Positions 10,001 to 18,476 of a DNA stretch of 64,000 bases are shown here, piece after piece. How positions within the stretch are numbered: position 1 is the stretch's first letter; each line of letters opens with the position of its first letter. Source of the stretch: Minisyncoccota bacterium (GTDB lineage Bacteria; Patescibacteriota; Minisyncoccia; Phycocordibacterales; UBA9973); assembly GCA_041659785.1 (NCBI GenBank), contig JBAZXO010000003.1:1099-65098 (forward strand). Reading direction: 5' to 3'. Both the position numbers and the translations under genes were made by a program. Below the pieces are notes generated by a model that made no database searches, was not told the origin of the DNA, and saw nothing but the letters and a program-made list of their open reading frames with translations.

Positions 10001-11495
10001 TGTTGTAATAACCTGTTGTATTAGGAGCAAGAGCGCTCTCACCTATTGCAGTGTTGGAAGAACCAGTAGTATTGGCATACAGAGCAACTAAACCGTATGC
10101 AGTATTTGAATTACCTACAGTATTAGAATAAAGAGCATTCTTACCACTTGCAGTATTGGAAGAACCTGAAGTGTTTGAATAAAGAGTGTTCTCACCAATA
10201 GCAGTATTGCTTTCACCTGTGGTGTTAGAATAAAGGGATTGATAACCAACTCCAACATTAAATCTACCAGTGGTGTTAGAAAAACCGCTTTGATAACCAA
10301 GGAAAGTATTTTGATATCCCGCATTCACGTTTCCCGCTTGATAACCAAGAGAAGTTCCTAGAGTTGTATTGTCAAAATTAATAAGATTTGCTACTTGAAT
10401 GGTATTGTTCGGTGTTACTGTACCTAATCCTAATCGATGACTCGTCGCATTATAAAATAAATTTGCATTGTCTTCTAAAATACCGCTCGCTCCTTGAAAA
10501 AAGACTGAACCGAGGGTGAGAGCAGGATTCATTGATCCAGTAACACTTCCAGTGATAGTTCCTGTGACATTCAAATTCCCGGTGAGAGTAGAATTACCTG
10601 TAACACTTAGACCTCCTCCCAAGACAGAGGTACCAGTAACGGTTAATTCTCCAATCTTCGCAGTGTTGGTAGTGAAATGATTTGAAGATAATTCAGTCGC
10701 AGAGAACATGCTTCCACCAGCAAAGTTAATAGCTGGATTGGGTTGAATAATACCAACGTTTCCGTAAGTTACAGGAATAGGAGCATAACCTCCACCCCCA
10801 GAAGATCCGCCCGCACTACCTGCAGGGCCAGCTGGACCTTGGGGCCCCACCGGTCCTGCAGGACCGGCGGGGCCTTGGATAGTGACAATTTTTGTCACAA
10901 CTGTTTGTGAAGGTGTAGCAGCAGACGTAGTAGTAGATAAAGTGGTGGGTGCTGGAGTTGGAGTATTTGCTTGAGTAAGAATAACACTAGTAGGAGCATG
11001 TACGGGCGGTACTACCTTACCCACAGACGTCGAAGTTTTATAACCTAAATTTTTTATACTTCCAGATAAGATTGAAGTGTAATTTTCATAAGTAGTATTT
11101 ACATATGTGGAATAATTATTATAAGTATTTGATATATTTTTAGATAAATCTTGTGATACACCTCTAAATATCTTGGATATATCCCCGACTGATTTCGCAA
11201 CATACTTTTTATAATCATTAAAAAATGAAGAAGTATTGTTTAAAATATTTGAAGCAATAACTTGTGCAGAAAGAGAAACTTTTACGGGTTGACGTTTTAT
11301 GACTGTTAAAGTTTTTTTAACTGGTTCCTTGGCTGGAGTAATAAAATTTTTGTATATGGTATTTAAACCAGAAATACTAAGATTATCAAAAGCAAAAATG
11401 GGAGTGGAGAAAGAAAAAATAAAAGCAAATAAAATAGCAAAAACAGCAAAAAACCTCAAAAAGGCTATTTTTCTATTAGGGAGTTTTTTTGCCAT
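4041..11495 (-). CDS. giant surface protein: collagen-like GPA repeat, beta-helix tail-fibre-like repeats, S74-type intramolecular-chaperone domain, C-terminal Pro/Thr-rich tail
   Basis: 2484 aa. N-terminal signal/anchor (FLRFFAVFAILFAFIFSFSTPIFAF). GPAGPAGPVGPQGPAGPAG repeat. Dozens of NTAxGxxAL/YSNTTGxxNTA repeats and GNVGIGTTxPxxKLxV motifs. Near the C-terminus, NIICAPSRREFKNTITDL...LDTNAILSTTVKAIQEMN resembles the phage tail-spike/endosialidase self-cleaving chaperone domain. Ends in a (PT)n / PVPAPTP tail. TAA stop. Confidence 0.8.
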   Translation of the reverse strand: MAKKLPNRKIAFLRFFAVFAILFAFIFSFSTPIFAFDNLSISGLNTIYKNFITPAKEPVKKTLTVIKRQPVKVSLSAQVIASNILNNTSSFFNDYKKYVAKSVGDISKIFRGVSQDLSKNISNTYNNYSTYVNTTYENYTSILSGSIKNLGYKTSTSVGKVVPPVHAPTSVILTQANTPTPAPTTLSTTTSAATPSQTVVTKIVTIQGPAGPAGPVGPQGPAGPAGSAGGSSGGGGYAPIPVTYGNVGIIQPNPAINFAGGSMFSATELSSNHFTTNTAKIGELTVTGTSVLGGGLSVTGNSTLTGNLNVTGTITGSVTGSMNPALTLGSVFFQGASGILEDNANLFYNATSHRLGLGTVTPNNTIQVANLINFDNTTLGTSLGYQAGNVNAGYQNTFLGYQSGFSNTTGRFNVGVGYQSLYSNTTGESNTAIGENTLYSNTSGSSNTASGKNALYSNTVGNSNTAYGLVALYANTTGSSNTAIGESALAPNTTGYYNTASGANSLGANTTGYYNTASGALALSQNDIGYQNTANGYQALFSNTTGIQNTASGSGSLQNSTTATQNTAYGYNSLNTNTTGYQSTATGAGSLQYNTTGGGNVATGADSLKYNTTGSGSTATGTDALVYNTAATSVTAIGRSAAQGLALYTNQGGVYVGFTAGVSAANGSDYNTFVGYQSGYGVTTGARNVFLGNSTLAASRNQVTTGSNNISIGNDVAVASATASNQLNIGNLIYGTALDGTGATISTGNIGIGTKAPGAKLDVSGGSVRTDNQFISTLAIGTAPLVVTSTTLVPNLYVARAVLADSATTNANLTGPITSVGNATSIASQTGTGTKFVVDTSPTIVTPTIASLIGNKIYPSVDSITAIQINKADGTTNVLNVDTTNGRVGIGTTGPSAKLDVVSSSSGTTTEVLRLSNNGTGANTLAKVGFFAASTEYANIIAGYGASSPQMAFDLPSATLGKYIFSINSAEKMRIDTNGNVGIGTTAPVSLLSVGGAGNVNYALSVNSAANGIYVTSGDYGLHALKRILIDDTVNSSAFLGGVNMATTSGNVGIGTVTPGQKLSVNGSSEILDDSSGKYYLGRYGAGTPYGYLVAGQGNSVNGVGLILQGRQVTSGNPVNAIRIETPTSAYDGIGGITIGGNGNVGIGTTGPRGKLEISEATDATLYSAKPVANTISLNAFDSSNSGALHFRTVGYTQQFYTSASNLAVATEKMRLTTTGGLSLGNSYVATDPGAGNMIISGNLGVGVTAPVQKLEVAGNILLSNTSGLYVRNAANTANLRLADIDASNDLNIGPNASIFIGHGAGSGNISLATNTGNVSVSTTLAVTGLGNSSSNFSVAQGTAGVGTVATNGTTTLTGTSTKFINMFKVGDTITVSGETVRTIATISSDTVLTVSVAFSTTASGLSYTLVGGTRMVVLGNGKIGVGTSTPNAAFEVREVPTSPNNGIYTTTSTFTFGSAGSLLRFGHGAATGDTYGVIDNIIGGGVNYGNLVLQQGGGNVGIGTTGPTANLHVVRNSADTLPTAIFENTNAAGFTNVELNRVSTARFALTNYATNGTTDWMTGTAYNGGAGNSAYSIGTGINLSDSKLTVLTTGNVGIGTTNPTLLFQVGERGGMGSDGVFQWGQALTGNSRGVLTWDTDRAIISTPLNLDLQIAGVNRLRIDSTGNVGIGTIAPSGILSVTPTQYSTGTASQSLTTITGVGTVWTSAMVGSQFVFANGTSAGTITAFGSTTSLTVSTSQTVTSQAYNIAYTGLQVGSTGNVGIGTTTPQSLLSILSNSSGASTQINSGNSDIIPALSFQSLATTWSSAANGFGFFYSGSTGNLNITARNSSVDSNALTITRIGGNVGIGQTTPTAKLDILDTTLAGSGSLAGSALNIAQTWNTTGAPVGIKYTITDTASAATALPLQILGGATGTTNLISVNKTGVLTMNSGIIAGGIISTTSYYTSTAAPSSVPNSGLYSNYSASGTTSGSLLGIGSGVTRTNTSGTQAIVQIYAPYNQVASTAANTDLLINRVETAVGSGAQLLIDAQVGSVSKFKVDNTGAVTANYVALTDKVYALGLSNNATGNNSTILSSTTGTIISRNIADANSALTVNQANAGSTGLILDAQFGGVSKATISTLGALRIPYLSPLTGGILSVINETFSGAAGKVPFQLLPTFTNTAGTTSPLVIAPVYNQVTSTAANIDLLINRTETSVGSGVQYLIDAQVGGVSKFSVTNTGVVQQKGCTTAGGLNADASGNIICAPSRREFKNTITDLASGLPSVMALRPVSYIFNGDMNLGNAIHFGFISEEVAAVTPEFATHDAEGKPYGLDTNAILSTTVKAIQEMNLNIEGVSGTLQLSSGQTISPATESFVTAFFNNVYAKVGTWLADATNGIGDVFANVFNAKEKICIDGECLTKDDVRALLLLAHPAGSLPTPTPTPTPTPTPAPVPAPTPTPDPAPVPVVDPVPAPVPTPTPVPVPDPVPTPAPNPVPAPSPTTP

Positions 11496-11541
11496 TTTTA
11501 TATATTTTTTACTTGCCTAAAAATCAAACTAAGGCTTATAA

Positions 11542-11569
11542 ATTATAACAAATAAATCCTTTTTGCAAA
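11542..11569 (-). promoter_or_regulatory. candidate extended -10 promoter for the giant surface-protein gene
   Basis: Minus-strand reading TTGCAA...TGTTATAAT (TGnTATAAT extended -10), about 45 nt upstream of the ATG at 11495. Confidence 0.3.
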
Positions 11570-11622
11570 AGGGAAAAAGAGAGAAAATATTGTGGATAAC
11601 TAGTACCTCTAATTTCTGAAAT

Positions 11623-13302
11623 TTAGAGTTCTTCTTGAGAAGGAGCGATGACTTTCGCCCGCCAGAACTTGGTTCTGAGGGTTTGTATCAAATCTTTCAA
11701 TTCTTCACTCTTAAGAAGATATAAAACTACGATAGCAGCGATAATACCCAAAATTCCAGAAATAAAACCTTGAAGGAATACACCCCAGAATGTGGTTGTG
11801 CCAAAGACTGGAGAAAGAATATTTAAACTCAAGTAAGCGATAAGTCCTAGGAAAAATGAAGCGCCCAAACTTTGAAAAAAAGTTTTGGTAATAAAAGATT
11901 CATCTGGCATAAAATCTTTCTTTACAAAAATCCAATGCAAAACAAAATTTAAAATAGTCCCAATGGAGTACGCAAGTGGAAGCATTAATACAGATGTACC
12001 AGGAATATCATTTACCTTAAGTAGGGACTCTATAAAAAAGCGGAAAAATAATACATTGTCAAAAAGATGAATAAGTACGTAAGACAAAATTATAATTAAA
12101 AAGGAACAAGAAAAATTAACTAAAAGCGGACGCTTGGTATTCCCTGTCGCATAGTATGAGCGAGAAAGCAAAGTAGTCATACCTTGAGCAAGTATTGAAA
12201 GAGAGAAAATTGCAAGAGCTGCTGCGACGAGACGAGTGTTCTCCCAGGAAAAAGTTCCAGAGCCTAGAATCACACGCACAATTTGTGCACGAACTACAAT
12301 AAAAAGAAATATTACTGGGAGAGACCAGAAGACGATAGCTCGTGAAGCCTGCTTTAAATGTTTTTTAAATTCTTCAGTTTTTCCCCCACTGAAAGATTTT
12401 GCTAGTGTTGGAAAGGCTGCCACCGCATAAGATATACCAATAATGTTAAGCGGTACAGACTGAAGATTGTAAGCAAAATTAAATACTGAGATAGATCCAC
12501 TCTTTAAGAAAGAGGCCATCGCAATAATGAAGATAAGAGCAATATTGTTGAAAGCAAGTCCGAGAGTTCTAGGCAGGGACGTGAGCGCTACATTTTTAAT
12601 ATCTTTAAAATTAACATTGAAGGAAAATCTCGGAGTAAAACCACAATCGTGCGAAGCATAAGCCTGTACTCCAAAATGCATCAATGCTCCCAGAGCTACT
12701 CCAATGGCTAAACCATAAATTCCGAAAATTGGATAGAGGAAAATAACACCAATAATAATTCCAATATTATAAAAAATAGGACTTAGAGAGTAAATAAAGA
12801 ATTTGCGGAAAAGCTGAGTAACTGTACCGAAAAGATTTGATAAACCCATAAGTATTGGCGAAAGCAACATGATACGAGAAAGCACAACCACTTTTGCCTG
12901 ATAGAAAGGAGTGAAACCTGGAGCAATATAATTCGCTAAATATGGCATTAAGAAGAAAGCAATAACAGCTACAGTTATCATCAGAGAAAAGAAAACAGTG
13001 AAAACGTCATTTAAATATTTGCGTGCTTCCTCTGTTACCTTTTCCCCATCCATTTTTGCCACAATAAAAGGAATGAGAACAGTAATGGAGGCAAGAGAAG
13101 CAATGCAAATAAAAATAAGATCCGGCACGCGAAAAGCCGCATAATAAGAGTCGAGTGCCGGAGAAGGTCCGATGAAGTGCGCAAAGGAACGATCACGGAA
13201 AAGAGCCAAGATCTGAGAAAGTAAAGTAAGGATGCCCAAAAGAAGTGCCGCCTGATTTATGCTTCCAGACTCTTTAGTAAAAATTTTCAGAATCTTCTCC
13301 AT
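11623..13302 (-). CDS. murJ: lipid II flippase MurJ (MviN family)
   Basis: 559-aa polytopic membrane protein. N-terminus LLGILTLLSQILALFRDRSFAHFIGPSPALDSYYAAFRVPDLIF matches the MurJ signature (R/D pair, AF.IP). Confidence 0.75.
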   Translation of the reverse strand: MEKILKIFTKESGSINQAALLLGILTLLSQILALFRDRSFAHFIGPSPALDSYYAAFRVPDLIFICIASLASITVLIPFIVAKMDGEKVTEEARKYLNDVFTVFFSLMITVAVIAFFLMPYLANYIAPGFTPFYQAKVVVLSRIMLLSPILMGLSNLFGTVTQLFRKFFIYSLSPIFYNIGIIIGVIFLYPIFGIYGLAIGVALGALMHFGVQAYASHDCGFTPRFSFNVNFKDIKNVALTSLPRTLGLAFNNIALIFIIAMASFLKSGSISVFNFAYNLQSVPLNIIGISYAVAAFPTLAKSFSGGKTEEFKKHLKQASRAIVFWSLPVIFLFIVVRAQIVRVILGSGTFSWENTRLVAAALAIFSLSILAQGMTTLLSRSYYATGNTKRPLLVNFSCSFLIIILSYVLIHLFDNVLFFRFFIESLLKVNDIPGTSVLMLPLAYSIGTILNFVLHWIFVKKDFMPDESFITKTFFQSLGASFFLGLIAYLSLNILSPVFGTTTFWGVFLQGFISGILGIIAAIVVLYLLKSEELKDLIQTLRTKFWRAKVIAPSQEEL

Positions 13303-13313
13303 CCTTTATAAGT

Positions 13314-15410
13314 TTATTTCTTCTTAGGAGCTGGAGTAGTAATGACGGGTGCTGGAGCTGAAGTAGAACTACTTAATGAATTAACATATTGTATTAAGTT
13401 CTTGTCTTCGGGTGATAAACTCAATGCCGCCTGTGCATAAGAAAGTGCCATGCTGTTATTGCCTTCGCTCTTTGCTATTTGTGAAAGAGTAACTAGGGCA
13501 TCAAGATAATCTTGTTTAAGAGAAAGAGCGCTATTTGCATAATCTTTTGCTTCTTTAACCTTACCATCCACAAATGAAGCGCCAGCCATAGCAAGCTTTA
13601 AGCCTGGATTTAGTGGATTTAAATTCGAAGCTGCTTGATAAGCGAGCACTGCCTTGGCGTAAGAATCCTTGACTCCAAGTGAACCAACAGCTTGATAAGT
13701 AGAGCCAAGCAATTGGAAATTTAAATAATTTGAGGGATCATATGTAGTTGCTAACTGAGCACTGTTTATAGCCTGATCGAAGCTAGCTTGTAGATCAGCC
13801 TTTTCTGTATCAGATAGAGAAGAGCCCTTTTTAGCTATAGCATTTAACTTAACAAGATAAATTTGTGAATAGGTGCGCAGATATAAATCATTTGAATATA
13901 AAGAAAGCGCTTTGCTAATATAATCTTCAGCGCTCGGAACAGTCGTGGCAGAAAGCGCTTTACCGAAATAAGAGACAGAAACAAAACGCTGTATATATTT
14001 GAATGAAATTGCAGCGGAAAAGATCATCAAAATAATAAGTAAAAGAATGGAGAAGAAACTTTTCCTATGATCGTTCAAGAACGATACGGATATTTCTTTA
14101 CCTGAATTAGAGGAAGCTAAACCAATAAATACTCCAGTAAATGCAAGCGCTAACAGAAAGATCACTGCTCCTGTAAAGTAAAAGAATGAAGCAACAAATA
14201 AATACAGAGACAATACAAAGAATGCCATCATCTCCCAATTTACACCATTTTTTATACTAGAAAATACTGATTTTACTCCAATAAATAAAAACAAAACAAA
14301 AAACACAAGCCAAGCTAAAATACCCAAACCTCCAGTAGTAGCAACTAATGTGGGTAATAATCCAGAACCTGAATCAAAAGAAACATCCCAAAATTGAGTA
14401 TTGTTTATTGACCCTGGTTTAAACATTGACCACGCTTCTCCGAATCTATTTGGTCCGACACCTACTAAAGGATTTTTCATTAAGACTCCTTTGGTGATAG
14501 ACATGGTTGCACTCAAAGAAGGATTTATCTCAGTGTTTGATATTTGTAAACGATTTGGAATGATTCCACCAATGAATTGTCCAGAGATGAAAAACAATAA
14601 AGATATCATTACTACAACAAAAGAAATTACTGGAAAATGTTTTTTCTCACCTACTTCTTGGTTTTCCATATTTTCTCCGTTCTTCTGAAAAGTGATTGAA
14701 GCTTTGTAAACAAATATTATTAGACTAGAAATTCCAAGAAGTATCCAAACTAACTGAAAATTAACAGCAGCGATAAGCAAAACAGAAAGTAGAATTAATA
14801 TCTCTAAAAAAAGTTTTTCTATTTTAGAAATTGGGAAAAATTCAATAACTAAAAGAAACATCAAACCAGCGAAACCAGCGAAAAGACCGAGGGCATTCCA
14901 TGAACCTAATATATTACCTGTTTTCCCTGCTAAAATCCCAAGAGATAAGGCTGTAGGAGCAAACAAATGAATAGTTTGAAAAATTAAGACAAAAGCAGAA
15001 GATAATATGGCTCCAAGTAAAACTATTTTTGCTTGTTTGGTATTTTTAAAGATAACAGAAGACATCAGCATTAAAACAAAACCGGCAAAAATGAAGTAAA
15101 AGGACCCGATATCAAACATTGTTCCGAATAAGGAAACTTGAGAATTCCCAGATAAAAGAGAAGACAAAAGAAAAACCAAAACTATCCCCAATCCAGACAA
15201 GAGGAGTCGTGATTTAGGAAAAACTATTTTACCGTCAGAAAATCTAGCTATTGCCCAAAAGATCACACATGCCGCAAGACCCACGACTAAAAGTAATCCC
15301 TTAGAAGTTTCAATCGGAATGTTGGTAAAAGGCAAACAGAAAAGAGGCAACAACACAACAACTAAAAACAACACCCAAAATGAAAGTCTATCAAATATAT
15401 TTGAAAACAT
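13314..15410 (-). CDS. polytopic membrane protein, O-antigen ligase/Wzy_C-like domain with C-terminal TPR-like repeats
   Basis: At least 10 predicted TM helices. Periplasmic loop with NPLVGVGPNRFGEAW (the G-x-G-x-F of the WaaL/Wzy family). C-terminal about 250 aa of Ala/Leu-rich TPR-like repeats. Confidence 0.45.
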   Translation of the reverse strand: MFSNIFDRLSFWVLFLVVVLLPLFCLPFTNIPIETSKGLLLVVGLAACVIFWAIARFSDGKIVFPKSRLLLSGLGIVLVFLLSSLLSGNSQVSLFGTMFDIGSFYFIFAGFVLMLMSSVIFKNTKQAKIVLLGAILSSAFVLIFQTIHLFAPTALSLGILAGKTGNILGSWNALGLFAGFAGLMFLLVIEFFPISKIEKLFLEILILLSVLLIAAVNFQLVWILLGISSLIIFVYKASITFQKNGENMENQEVGEKKHFPVISFVVVMISLLFFISGQFIGGIIPNRLQISNTEINPSLSATMSITKGVLMKNPLVGVGPNRFGEAWSMFKPGSINNTQFWDVSFDSGSGLLPTLVATTGGLGILAWLVFFVLFLFIGVKSVFSSIKNGVNWEMMAFFVLSLYLFVASFFYFTGAVIFLLALAFTGVFIGLASSNSGKEISVSFLNDHRKSFFSILLLIILMIFSAAISFKYIQRFVSVSYFGKALSATTVPSAEDYISKALSLYSNDLYLRTYSQIYLVKLNAIAKKGSSLSDTEKADLQASFDQAINSAQLATTYDPSNYLNFQLLGSTYQAVGSLGVKDSYAKAVLAYQAASNLNPLNPGLKLAMAGASFVDGKVKEAKDYANSALSLKQDYLDALVTLSQIAKSEGNNSMALSYAQAALSLSPEDKNLIQYVNSLSSSTSAPAPVITTPAPKKK

Positions 15411-15476
15411 AATATTTTTTTAAAATTAATAAGATAACGACTATGTTAATTATATAGAGTTTAGCACAAAAAACAA

Positions 15477-17867
15477 CTAGACAACTATGTTGATAAGTCT
15501 GTTTTTCACATAGATTACCTTTTTCACCGTCTTGCCCAATATGTGCTTCAAAACAGTCTCGTCTGATAATGCTTCCTTTTTTATTTTCTCTTCATCATCA
15601 TCCGCTCTTATCATGATCTCCGTTCTGAATTTGCCGTTTATTTGCACTACTATTTTTATCTCTTCATCTTCCATTAGACTTTTGTCTTCTTTGGGCCAGC
15701 TAGAAAGGTTGATTGATTTCTTTTCTCCTAACATACTCCACAATTCTTCTGTGACGTGTGGCGCAAATGGTGAAAGAATTTGCAAAAACTTTTTATAATC
15801 TTCGAGTTCAATATTTTCTGTCGTGCCAGAGGACAGGCAGGCCTTTTCCATCTCTGTCGCTAATATCATCATTGAAGAAATTGCGGTGTTGAAATACATA
15901 CCTTCAATGTCTTCTGTGACTTTTTTGATTGTTTTATTTAGTAATTTCGAAAGTTTCGGCACAGAAAAATTTGGGCCGTGTCGGAGCCCGCTTGCGGGTA
16001 AAGCGGACGAATTTTTTTGTGTCGAAACTTTTACACCTATTCTCCAAACTTTTTCAATGAATCTTCTTGAGCCAATGATACTTTCTGTAGACCAAGCGAC
16101 AGATTGACTAAATGGTCCCATAAACATCTCATAGACACGCAGAGTGTCAGCCCCGTATATTTTCACCATTTCGTCAGGATTGATAACATTTCCAAGCGAT
16201 TTTGACATCTTTACACCCCCTTCCCCCAAGATCATTCCATGAGAAGTGCGTTTTTTATACGGTTCAGCTGTAGGAACAAGCTTTAAATCAAATAAGAATT
16301 TATGCCAAAAACGTGAATACAAGAGATGGAGAGTAGTGTGCTCGTTACCTCCATTATACCAATTTACCCCGCCCGTGGCTGGGTCGCTTCCAAGCCAATA
16401 TTTTAAATTCTTTTTATTAGCAAATGTTTTTTTATTTTTTGGATCTGTATAACGAAGATAATACCAGCTAGACCCTGCCCAGTTTGGCATCGTATCTGTT
16501 TCCCTCAAGGCCCTCCCTTTACACTTGGGGCATTTTGTATTGACCCATTTTGTAATATTTGCTAAAGGTGACTCACCACTATCTGTGGGTTCATAATTTT
16601 TAACTTTTGGAAGTTCTACGGGTAAATCACGCTCCGGTACTGGAACAATGCCACACTTCTTACAATGTACGACAGGTATCGGCTCTCCCCAATATCGCTG
16701 ACGAGAAAATACCCAATCACGAAGCTTGAATTTTGTAATTTTTTTTCCAAAATCTTCAAAACCTGCTTTTTGATAATTTTCCACAATAGGCAATTTAAAT
16801 TTTTCTGCGAATTCTTTATCTCGTATATCATCAGCCGGCACGGCCATTATTGCTCCTGTGCCATAGTGTGGAAGGACATAGTCAGCTATCCATATTGAAA
16901 TCTCTTCTTTGTTTGCGGGATTAATTGCTTTAATACCCTTAAGCTCTATCCCCGTCTTTACTTTGTCTGTAGAGGTGCGTTCTATGTCTGTTTTGTTTTT
17001 TACTTCTTTAATATATTTCTCAACTTCACTCCAGTTTTTTATTTTATCTTTTAATTCTTTTACCAACTCATGTTCTGGTGCAAGGACTAAATAAGTCGCC
17101 CCGAAAATGGTATCTGGACGTGTTGTAAACACCCGGACACCAGGTGTCCGGGTGGGGATAACTATTTTAAAATCTATTTCAGCACCTTCGCTTCTTCCTA
17201 TCCAGTTTCTCTGAGCTAATTTTATTTGTGGTAAATAGTCTACAGTATCTAAATCCTTATCGAGCCTGTCAGCATATTTTGTAATAGCGAGCATCCATTG
17301 TTCTTTTTCCCTTTTCTCTACAGGAGTTCCACACCTTTCACAAAGGCCACCGACGACTTCTTCATTTGCAAGCCCCGTCTTATCCTTCGGACACCAATTA
17401 ATCGTCATTTTAGCCTTATAAGCTAAGCCTTTTTTCAAAAACTGAAGAAATATCCACTGAGTCCATTTATAATACTTTGGGTCAGTTGTGTTTATTTCTC
17501 GTGACCAGTCAAAAGAAATGCCCAAAGACTTTATTTGTCTTCGAAAATTATCGGTATTTTTTTTAGTTACCACCCTTGGATCCTTGCCTGTTTTTATGGC
17601 AAAGTTTTCTGTCGGTAAACCAAAGGCATCCCAACCAATTGGGTATAAAACATTAAAACCTTGCAATCTTCTTTTCCTAGAAATAATATCCATGCCTACA
17701 TACGAACGAGGGTGTCCGACATGAAGCCCATCTCCTGATGGGTATGGAAATTCTATCAAGCTAAAATATTTAGGTTTTTTCGAAAAATCCTTGGCTTGGT
17801 ATGTTTTATTCTTATCCCAAACATTTTGCCACTTTTTTTCTATTTTTTTATGGTCGTATTCTTTCAT
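15477..17867 (-). CDS. leuS: leucyl-tRNA synthetase
   Basis: 796 aa. HVGH (HIGH-class) motif, PIGWDAFGLPTEN, VFTTRPDTIFGATYLVLAPEH, LHLLYSRFWHKF, KMSKSLGN motif. Contains GC-rich palindromes at 15987-15998, 16364-16385 and 17132-17152. Confidence 0.95.
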   Translation of the reverse strand: MKEYDHKKIEKKWQNVWDKNKTYQAKDFSKKPKYFSLIEFPYPSGDGLHVGHPRSYVGMDIISRKRRLQGFNVLYPIGWDAFGLPTENFAIKTGKDPRVVTKKNTDNFRRQIKSLGISFDWSREINTTDPKYYKWTQWIFLQFLKKGLAYKAKMTINWCPKDKTGLANEEVVGGLCERCGTPVEKREKEQWMLAITKYADRLDKDLDTVDYLPQIKLAQRNWIGRSEGAEIDFKIVIPTRTPGVRVFTTRPDTIFGATYLVLAPEHELVKELKDKIKNWSEVEKYIKEVKNKTDIERTSTDKVKTGIELKGIKAINPANKEEISIWIADYVLPHYGTGAIMAVPADDIRDKEFAEKFKLPIVENYQKAGFEDFGKKITKFKLRDWVFSRQRYWGEPIPVVHCKKCGIVPVPERDLPVELPKVKNYEPTDSGESPLANITKWVNTKCPKCKGRALRETDTMPNWAGSSWYYLRYTDPKNKKTFANKKNLKYWLGSDPATGGVNWYNGGNEHTTLHLLYSRFWHKFLFDLKLVPTAEPYKKRTSHGMILGEGGVKMSKSLGNVINPDEMVKIYGADTLRVYEMFMGPFSQSVAWSTESIIGSRRFIEKVWRIGVKVSTQKNSSALPASGLRHGPNFSVPKLSKLLNKTIKKVTEDIEGMYFNTAISSMMILATEMEKACLSSGTTENIELEDYKKFLQILSPFAPHVTEELWSMLGEKKSINLSSWPKEDKSLMEDEEIKIVVQINGKFRTEIMIRADDDEEKIKKEALSDETVLKHILGKTVKKVIYVKNRLINIVV

Positions 17868-17873
17868 TATCTA

Positions 17874-18476
17874 CTAATTATTTTTAAACTTTTTTACCGC
17901 TACCCAGAATAAAAGACTGAGGGCAATCACTAAAATAATTACTTTAATTAAATCATCTGCAGAACTCCAATATCTCATAGAGGCAATAATAAATGATAAA
18001 ACTCCAGCAAAAGAAAGGGCGATGCTAACTACTAGATTTCCACCGAAAAAGCTTCCTATTGCAACACATATAGCACCCAAGATAACTAAGGTGATAAATA
18101 CATTTCTATCATAAATTTTCTGCGCAGCATCATAGTTGTTTCGACAAGTAAATTGTTGATCACAATATCCTAGCGGCTGAGCAGGTTGTTTTATGTCCAC
18201 GGGTGCTGATTTTACATAATTGTTGTTATTCGTCCACTGTCCACCAGCATCCACGCATGACTTTTGTGTATCTGGAATATTGACCACCTGAGAAGTATTA
18301 GAACAAAATGTTTCATATTTGGGATTTTTATAAATTAAAGAAAGAGCATAGTTAAAGAACAAATTAAGCACAATAACGATACCAATAATAAGAGACCATT
18401 TCAAAACTTTTGATTGTGTTTGCATAATATATATTATATCATGAAATAAAGAGGTAATAAATATACTTTTATGCAT
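17874..18476 (-). CDS. hypothetical membrane protein (N- and C-terminal TM segments, Cys-containing extracytoplasmic middle)
   Basis: 200-aa ORF, hydrophobic helices at both ends. No recognisable family. Confidence 0.35.
   Translation of the reverse strand: MHKSIFITSLFHDIIYIMQTQSKVLKWSLIIGIVIVLNLFFNYALSLIYKNPKYETFCSNTSQVVNIPDTQKSCVDAGGQWTNNNNYVKSAPVDIKQPAQPLGYCDQQFTCRNNYDAAQKIYDRNVFITLVILGAICVAIGSFFGGNLVVSIALSFAGVLSFIIASMRYWSSADDLIKVIILVIALSLLFWVAVKKFKNN

Noticed and set aside
4219-11520. Numerous plus-strand ORFs (4219, 4696, 6280, 7162, 7906, 11299 etc.) inside the giant gene
   Set aside because: They are antisense shadows of a repeat-rich 7.4-kb CDS. Low-complexity translations, no independent signals.
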